From Thermoplasmatota archaeon (GTDB lineage Archaea > Thermoplasmatota > E2 > DHVEG-1 > B18-G2): 64,000 nucleotides of DNA. Location: contig JAPDJO010000002.1 of NCBI GenBank assembly GCA_029259115.1, forward strand, positions 18,737 to 82,736, written 5' to 3'. This document shows, one piece after another, positions 57,726 through 64,000 of the stretch. Position 1 is the stretch's first letter; the number at the start of each line of letters is the position of its first letter. The notes below the pieces were generated by a model. It ran no database searches and was not told the DNA's origin. It saw only the letters and a program-made list of their open reading frames with translations. A program made the translations under genes and the position numbers.

Positions 57726-58220
57726 ATGGCCAGTATGCTCAAAAATAGACATGCCTTGAGAAAGAAGGAAATAAAAAATTTAAAATCGCAAATAGAAGAG
57801 ATATATAGTTGTAAACTGTCGGATGATATAAAGATGGAGGTAGCTAAGCTTTTTGATCTTGAGGTGATCCTGGTTGATAACGCTGTAGACTTTATCTTTC
57901 TTGACGGTAAACCACTTTTTACCTTGACCTCTATAGAGAAATACCAACCTAAAAGAAAATTTGTCACCGTAGATAAAGGGGCTGTAAGATTTGTAACCAA
58001 TGGTGCAGATGTAATGGTACCTGGGATAGTGGATGCAGACAGAGATATCAAGGAGAAAGATCCAGTTTGGATAAGGGAAGAGACTTATGGCAAAGCCATA
58101 GCTGTTGGAATATCGATGATGAATGGAGATGATCTGGTAGAACTTGAAAAGGGAAAGGGTATAAAGAATATACACTGGATTGGTGATAGAATCTGGAAGT
58201 TCATCTCCAAAAGTTTATAA
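57726..58220 (+). CDS. PUA-domain RNA-binding protein (MCT-1/Tma20-like)
   Basis: VTVDKGAVRFVTNGADVMVPGI, GKGIKNIHWIGD. Confidence 0.88.
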   Translation: MASMLKNRHALRKKEIKNLKSQIEEIYSCKLSDDIKMEVAKLFDLEVILVDNAVDFIFLDGKPLFTLTSIEKYQPKRKFVTVDKGAVRFVTNGADVMVPGIVDADRDIKEKDPVWIREETYGKAIAVGISMMNGDDLVELEKGKGIKNIHWIGDRIWKFISKSL

Positions 58221-58266
58221 GTGGAAATATAATTTAGATAATAGAGAAATTAGAGGTGACTGCTGG

Positions 58267-58647
58267 ATGGGTATACTCGGAAAGATTTTAGGAGAAAAAA
58301 GAGTAACTGATGAGGATTACATTGATCTTGAAAAATATGTAGAGAAATCCATAGATACATCGCAGGCAGACCTCCAAAGAGCAAAGATGTGTGTCAGAGT
58401 GGGAGAGATACAGAGGTATGAAGACCTCAAAACATTTTTAGATTATGTTTATGGGGGTAATGTTCTGATACTTGATTTCTCACCTCTAGCTGAGGAAGAG
58501 GTTATACTTAAAAGAATAACGAGTGAGATAAAGAAAGCTGTTCAAGATATGGACGGAGATGTGGCTGGTATTGGCGGAAACTTGATGGTAATAACACCAA
58601 GCGGAGTAAAGATTGACAGGAAAAAACTGAGAGGAGGTTACGCTTAG
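58267..58647 (+). CDS. sepF: Cell division protein SepF
   Basis: MGILGKIL amphipathic helix, DYIDL, GNVLILD, GDVAG, VITPSGVKIDR. Confidence 0.85.
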   Translation: MGILGKILGEKRVTDEDYIDLEKYVEKSIDTSQADLQRAKMCVRVGEIQRYEDLKTFLDYVYGGNVLILDFSPLAEEEVILKRITSEIKKAVQDMDGDVAGIGGNLMVITPSGVKIDRKKLRGGYA

Positions 58648-59495
58648 GTTGTTTTTATAGTTCCTAAAACAGGTTCGTAAATTAAACCCTTATCTAGAAG
58701 AGAGGATATTGCTTCTTCCACTACATCTCTATCTATACCCATCTGACTGCATTTTTCTATTATGTTGTCCCACTGCGCACCTTTATCCCCTTCTATCTCT
58801 TTTATCACTTCTAGAACAGTATTTTCTATTTCATCCATCTCTCTTTCATCCTTTTCTTCTACCTCCTTAGGAACCTCTTTTTCTTCGGGTATCAAATAAC
58901 TCAAAGCTTCTTCTAGGATGTCTAGATACTTGTTTAGATCTATATTTTTATAGAATTCCACAGCTTTTATGACACCTTCAGCTAGATCTCTACTATAGCC
59001 TAGCTTTGTTAGATCATAAACAGATGCTTTAGATAGACTTAGAGCCTCTCTCATGGCATTAATCCTCTCCCAAGTATTCCTACATGTTTCCAGTATCCAC
59101 CTATCTCTAGCTGAGGAGTTTACCTCGTACACGGATTCAGGTCTTACTGATAGATACAATACGCCCTCCTCTGGCTCAAATATCCTTACTTTTCCCACAA
59201 ATGCTATAAAAGAAGGAGTGTCAACGTTTAACAAAGTAGCTGTTACCTCTGGTTGAAACTGTCCAGAGTATAGCGTATACACTCCAGTTGGATCAGATAC
59301 ATGAGCTCTTATGAGCTCATTCTCTCCAGCCAACGATTCAACGTCTGTTAATACTCCTACCACAAATAACCTATTTACCTTCGCTCCGAGAGGAGTGATG
59401 ACATAAGAAGGTGATCTCTCTCCAGAACCTCTTATTACAGCCGATGAACTATTGTACTCGTTTGCAAAAACTCTCCAAGCAGGCTCTCTCCTCAT
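58644..59495 (-). CDS. RPA-associated OB-fold protein (Rpa2-like) with C-terminal wH
   Basis: RREPAWRVFA.E, TPLGAKVNRLFVVGVLT, DPTG, GLIYEP. Confidence 0.85.
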   Translation of the reverse strand: MRREPAWRVFANEYNSSSAVIRGSGERSPSYVITPLGAKVNRLFVVGVLTDVESLAGENELIRAHVSDPTGVYTLYSGQFQPEVTATLLNVDTPSFIAFVGKVRIFEPEEGVLYLSVRPESVYEVNSSARDRWILETCRNTWERINAMREALSLSKASVYDLTKLGYSRDLAEGVIKAVEFYKNIDLNKYLDILEEALSYLIPEEKEVPKEVEEKDEREMDEIENTVLEVIKEIEGDKGAQWDNIIEKCSQMGIDRDVVEEAISSLLDKGLIYEPVLGTIKTT

Positions 59496-60766
59496 CTTTC
59501 ACCCTCCAACAGTTGTAAAAGCTCTTCCGCTCCTTTTTTGATATCCTCTTCTATTATTTCAGCATCCTTTGCTATAAGTGTTGTCCCAAACTCATCTCCG
59601 AGTGCATTTCCCCTCAATCTTAACTTCTTTGTTAATAGAGTTTCCTTTATCTCTTCCAGAAGTTTCTCCTCACCCTCGTTTTCAACAATCTTTTTGCATT
59701 CCTCCAAGGTTTTCCCAATCAATTTTTCGGTTATCTCTCTGTTAGCTATTACTCCTATGCCAGCAGATCCATCATCGACAACCATTTTTAATCTCAGATC
59801 AGCTACACCTTTAACCTTACCGTGAATTCTACACTCACCATTTCTCATCAATCTGTTACATTCAGGGCATCTCTCTATGTATCCAGATCTATCTTTTATC
59901 TCTATTACAGTCCCTTCAGTTGTTACATCTATCCCTCCCCTCATATCAACAAGCCTGTGCAATGGTAGTACTGGAGAACCTACTTCCAAATCTTCCGTCA
60001 GTTTCTCTAGCGTAGCCCTTTCATCGAATACAATCTGAGGTATGCCCTTCCAGAACTTGGCGTAGCAGCCAGATACTCTTATAACATCCTCTTCTTTTAG
60101 ATCAAAATCGTGCCAAGCCGTGAACTGCGCCTTTCCTGTTTCGTCTGCGAGAATTCCAGAAAACACCTTTCTTTTCACTCTGTCAATTTCAATTTCCTTT
60201 TCCGATATACTCAGAATCTTTGCTTTTATTTCTATGGGACCAAATGTGTTGTAAATATCTATTATCTTGCATTTCCTTGGCTCTTGAGAAATATCAGGTA
60301 ATTTATCCTCTTCCAATTTTTTTATTCCTGTTCTTTCACCTATATTTATCTGTACATTTCCCTGCCATTCCCGAGAATAGGCATTCCTTATCTCTACAAC
60401 ATCTCCTTTTTCAGCAGGAAAACTAGACTTCCAAGATGTAAATGGTAAAATACCACTTTCATCTGCGATAAGACCATAGTATATAACCCTATTCTCTCCT
60501 CTTATGTTAACCTCCTTAACGTTTTTTGTTATGATTTTACAGATGAGATTAAGATTCCTCTCATTCGGAACAATATCCTTTAGCAGTTTTCTATTCAATT
60601 TATCCTTTCCAAACTTTTTGACTATACTTTTCTTGGCCTGATCGGGAGGGACTCCATATTCTAAAAATCTTCTAAACTCCTTTTCTATATCCTCTCTACT
60701 GAGTTCTAAATCATCTCCTAGCGCAGATATTATCTCGTCTATGTATGAAGAAATATCATCTTCCAT
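59492..60766 (-). CDS. rpa: Replication protein A (multi-OB, Zn finger)
   Basis: ADESG, ADETG and DDGS OB-fold motifs; CPECNR...CRIHG. Confidence 0.88.
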   Translation of the reverse strand: MEDDISSYIDEIISALGDDLELSREDIEKEFRRFLEYGVPPDQAKKSIVKKFGKDKLNRKLLKDIVPNERNLNLICKIITKNVKEVNIRGENRVIYYGLIADESGILPFTSWKSSFPAEKGDVVEIRNAYSREWQGNVQINIGERTGIKKLEEDKLPDISQEPRKCKIIDIYNTFGPIEIKAKILSISEKEIEIDRVKRKVFSGILADETGKAQFTAWHDFDLKEEDVIRVSGCYAKFWKGIPQIVFDERATLEKLTEDLEVGSPVLPLHRLVDMRGGIDVTTEGTVIEIKDRSGYIERCPECNRLMRNGECRIHGKVKGVADLRLKMVVDDGSAGIGVIANREITEKLIGKTLEECKKIVENEGEEKLLEEIKETLLTKKLRLRGNALGDEFGTTLIAKDAEIIEEDIKKGAEELLQLLEGER

Positions 60767-60850
60767 GATCCTCCCAATCCTCAATGTGAAAAGAAATATA
60801 TGAATGTATGGATTAACGAGAGATTAAAAAATAAAGGGAAAATAGAGGGT

Positions 60851-63800
60851 TTACTTTCTTCTGGTCTTTCTCCCGCTTTTCCTCATTGAATAACCAACAC
60901 CAGCTATCACTATGATAGCTATGATTATGATTGCAATCACTATCAATACAGACATATCTAAAAGCTTTCTAGCATGTGGGTACACGCTTGCTCCATATAG
61001 CATGTGTCCATCCACGTAGAGATCTTCACTTCCATCCCATTTCAATGGCTGCACATCCTCTCTCTCCCAATGATTAGCATCGCTATATTCTGTGCTTGGG
61101 ACCCATACTCTTAGATCTGGGTCACCAAAAAGTTCAACATTTTCAAATTTGTCCCACCACCATCGATGAACAAGAACTTCTGGACCTGTAGCTCTAATAC
61201 CTCTTTCATAAGCCTGTCCCACAGTATCGCCCATTGCTATTCGTTTTACAAACATCTGTATCCATACCGCACACCAGTCTGTCGTTGTCCACGGATCTAC
61301 AATCTGAAATACTGATCCATGTCTCATCCAAGACATGTGCAGTAAAGTACCGGCAGGTAAGCAGGATGTAGCAGGAATTCCACAAGAGTGTAGATTCTTT
61401 AGATTATCATCGAATTTATAACCTGTATTTGTCCAGCTATCTACAGTTGGTGTTCCGCTGATGCTCGATAGAAGGATTTTACCATCGTGGTAGGTTATTA
61501 TAGGCAAACCCTGAGACAGAGATTTAAAAGGATGTAATAGTCTATCTCTGTGAATCATAAAACCGTTTATTGCCCAAACCTCAAATACCATTGATACACC
61601 AGGTATAGATCCGATAATTCTTGAAGCAAGAGTTCTCTGAAAATTAGATACAGAGGCATCCGGATTCTCTGTGCATCCCTTTTCTGGAAACGGATTGAAT
61701 TTAATCAAGGGTTTTGTGAATTTGAGTAGGTTTTCATTGTTTAATCCTGTTCCCACATAGAATGCTATCCAACGAGGATATAGCCTTATATGTCCAGGTC
61801 TAAACATTACTACTTCATATTCTCTCCATGGATTTGGCTCTTTGACATAGGGGCTACGAGGATCCCACATAGCGAGTATTCCACTGTTTCCTTGATATCC
61901 ATGATTGTTGACTATCCATAGAATAACACCTCTATTCAAATTCTCTACTACTGCTGAGAAATTCGTTGAAAATGCACATCCATATCCAGCTCTTTTTGCA
62001 TAAATCGGTATAACTTCAGATTCACTAAGATCTGGATAATATGCACCTTTCTTCCCATGACATATATCCTGATCTATGGGATCAGGAGATGGTGTAAAAT
62101 ACGGAACTATACCATCTGCTCTGGTATATCTGAAATTCCAATGTTTCCATGCTACTTCATTGAATCTGTACATATATGTGCCAAGAGAGTTCATGATTGG
62201 ATAGACGAATGTTTCTTCCTGAGAGGGTTTGACTATAGTTAAGGTTGATCCGTAAGGCTCTTTTAGTCTTCCTCCTATAAGCTTATTGACACTCTTGCTG
62301 CCATTTATGAGTTTGATTCCATTTGGATTGAGGGCAGGATTTTCAAATATGAGGGCTGGGTAGAAGACATTTCTACAAATTGCATAGGCAGTATCAACTG
62401 GTGAACCCCAAAATCTCCCCGGATATGCAGCTCCAGTGAAAGATCTATCCCAAGGCATCCCTATATCATATTGATCTGCGACCGTAATTATGGTCTCCCT
62501 CAGTTGATCTTTCCCTTCCTCAAGCCTTCCTAGATCACATTTTTCAAGAAATCTATAGACTTCTTTCCCAGATGTATACATACTTCCAGACGATGGATGA
62601 ACCTCTATCCTCTGTGAAGAAAATTTCTTCCAGAACTCAGTATGGTATACAACAGCCTGTGACAGTTCAGGATGTTCATCTACTATTAGCACAGGAGATG
62701 CATGATGGGCAGCTATATAACTTGCAGGTCCAACAAATAATGCTCCCTTAAATTCGCCGGCAGGCCTTAATTCCTCTGCGTACCAATAGCTCCATGGATC
62801 AATTGTTGTAAATACTACAGTATTTTCTCCACCGGAAAGATTCCTTATATCCCTGTAAAGATTTTTGGCATCTCTATACTCCTTTGATATGCTTGGAAGT
62901 TGGTCCTTTACTTTACCTTTTAGATGACCTCCAATATTCAACAGATATATTTCTTTTACTCCGAGTTTTCTCAAGACTTCTTTAGTACACGAGGGTATGT
63001 GGTCAGGAGAGATATATAGCAGAGGTATATTTAACATACTTGAAAGAACAGCTCCATTTGCAGCAGATGTGAAACTATCTCCTTCCTCTTTGGATATATT
63101 CTGATGCCAACTGTATTCGAATACCACCTGCAATGGCTGAGAAATATTATCTAACGAATAAACACATATTGTATAATTTTCTCCTTCGTTGCATTCCCCA
63201 AGCTGATCTAGATGAATGCTTTCTTCCTGCTTCTTTTCTATTTCGCCACTTATAATTTCTTCCATAGGAATACTTGAGCATATTTCGGTGCCGGCCGGGT
63301 CAACTACTGTGAATCCTAATCTGACATTCGGATTATTCCACTTTAGTGTGAAGTTTACATCTCTACATCCAAAAGGTGTAGCTGGAAGTTTGAATGTTAC
63401 ACCTGGATAAAGATAGATATCAACATCTCCCTCATTTTTAATCGCTTTTGCCATCTCCTTGATGCTCAATGGCATAAACTGTTCTTCCTTTTCATCAAGA
63501 TTTGGAGGGTAAAAACCCTTCCTTGCAACAGCTGTAACACTTACCTGCCATTTTCCGTAATTATGAATAAAAGATGCTAATACTTCTTTATAGCCAATCC
63601 GCTCGGCGTGATCTCTATAATCATGTATGGTACAATCGAGCATTCCTATATTCAAATCATAAAGTTGTAAATCATAGTCTATGTTTGTAGGCCAACTTAA
63701 TTTTGCTACAATGTATTTATAGATCTTGTCTTTTATGTCGAAGGTTTGGTATGTTGCTCCAGCACCAATAGAGGGGAGCTCTATTTTCATATGTTTATGT

Positions 63801-64000
63801 TTGATTGAGGCAGGAGAAAACGCTCTTATGATTTTACCTTTTTCTGCTTTGTTCGGATTCTCAAAATCATCTTTAATAACAGCCACAACAGCCTTATCAG
63901 AATAACTCCAGTCATTCAGAGCTAGCTTTGCAGCAATCTCATAAGAATTGTTTCCTCTAATCTCAACCACATCTCTAGCTGGCCATTGTTTAACCTTGCT
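60851..64000 (-). CDS. Large C-terminally membrane-anchored surface protein with a gingipain (C25)-like domain and CWB2-like repeats (5' end off window)
   Basis: Frame is open to 64000. NNHG, ATSCL and LFGDPDL motifs; GNNSYEIAAKLA and GAVLSSMLNIPLLYI..IP repeats; TM followed by a basic tail. Confidence 0.6.
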   Translation of the reverse strand, partial: SKVKQWPARDVVEIRGNNSYEIAAKLALNDWSYSDKAVVAVIKDDFENPNKAEKGKIIRAFSPASIKHKHMKIELPSIGAGATYQTFDIKDKIYKYIVAKLSWPTNIDYDLQLYDLNIGMLDCTIHDYRDHAERIGYKEVLASFIHNYGKWQVSVTAVARKGFYPPNLDEKEEQFMPLSIKEMAKAIKNEGDVDIYLYPGVTFKLPATPFGCRDVNFTLKWNNPNVRLGFTVVDPAGTEICSSIPMEEIISGEIEKKQEESIHLDQLGECNEGENYTICVYSLDNISQPLQVVFEYSWHQNISKEEGDSFTSAANGAVLSSMLNIPLLYISPDHIPSCTKEVLRKLGVKEIYLLNIGGHLKGKVKDQLPSISKEYRDAKNLYRDIRNLSGGENTVVFTTIDPWSYWYAEELRPAGEFKGALFVGPASYIAAHHASPVLIVDEHPELSQAVVYHTEFWKKFSSQRIEVHPSSGSMYTSGKEVYRFLEKCDLGRLEEGKDQLRETIITVADQYDIGMPWDRSFTGAAYPGRFWGSPVDTAYAICRNVFYPALIFENPALNPNGIKLINGSKSVNKLIGGRLKEPYGSTLTIVKPSQEETFVYPIMNSLGTYMYRFNEVAWKHWNFRYTRADGIVPYFTPSPDPIDQDICHGKKGAYYPDLSESEVIPIYAKRAGYGCAFSTNFSAVVENLNRGVILWIVNNHGYQGNSGILAMWDPRSPYVKEPNPWREYEVVMFRPGHIRLYPRWIAFYVGTGLNNENLLKFTKPLIKFNPFPEKGCTENPDASVSNFQRTLASRIIGSIPGVSMVFEVWAINGFMIHRDRLLHPFKSLSQGLPIITYHDGKILLSSISGTPTVDSWTNTGYKFDDNLKNLHSCGIPATSCLPAGTLLHMSWMRHGSVFQIVDPWTTTDWCAVWIQMFVKRIAMGDTVGQAYERGIRATGPEVLVHRWWWDKFENVELFGDPDLRVWVPSTEYSDANHWEREDVQPLKWDGSEDLYVDGHMLYGASVYPHARKLLDMSVLIVIAIIIIAIIVIAGVGYSMRKSGRKTRRK

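Overview
Archaeal chromosomal window, gene-dense and AT-rich, with GGAGGTG-type ribosome-binding sites. Gene content and secreted-protein style suggest Thermoplasmata, possibly an MBG-D/Thermoprofundales-like sediment lineage (inference). Housekeeping blocks: coaBC and pantoate kinase, a porGDAB-type oxidoreductase, purH, thpR-cca, orc1/cdc6, tRNA-Pro(CGG), rps13-rps4-rps11-rpoD, asnS, SmAP1-rpl37e, sepF and RPA. Three accessory loci stand out. (1) 14.0-28.8 kb: an unusual archaellum locus with EarA and tandem EarA-like boxes, five archaellin-family genes (one fused behind an Sm/Hfq-like domain, with a 5' hairpin), two tandem ArlI ATPases, no che genes, and a PAS-coiled-coil-PAS protein. (2) 46.5-53.9 kb: a cellulosome-like cohesin/dockerin trio, comprising a dockerin-bearing GH123-like (DUF4091) enzyme, a cohesin+dockerin adaptor and a cohesin+PKD scaffold. 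(3) 35.2-39.7 kb: a tungsten AOR operon carrying Cys-less molybdopterin-binding-fold surface proteins, a kinase and an S-component-like membrane protein. Also present: the CCA-adding enzyme fused in frame to a PAP2-type membrane domain, a doubly frameshifted PKD gene, and a structured ncRNA candidate upstream of cdc6. No CRISPR array, rRNA or transposase was seen. Family assignments come from motif recognition only; no database searches were run.
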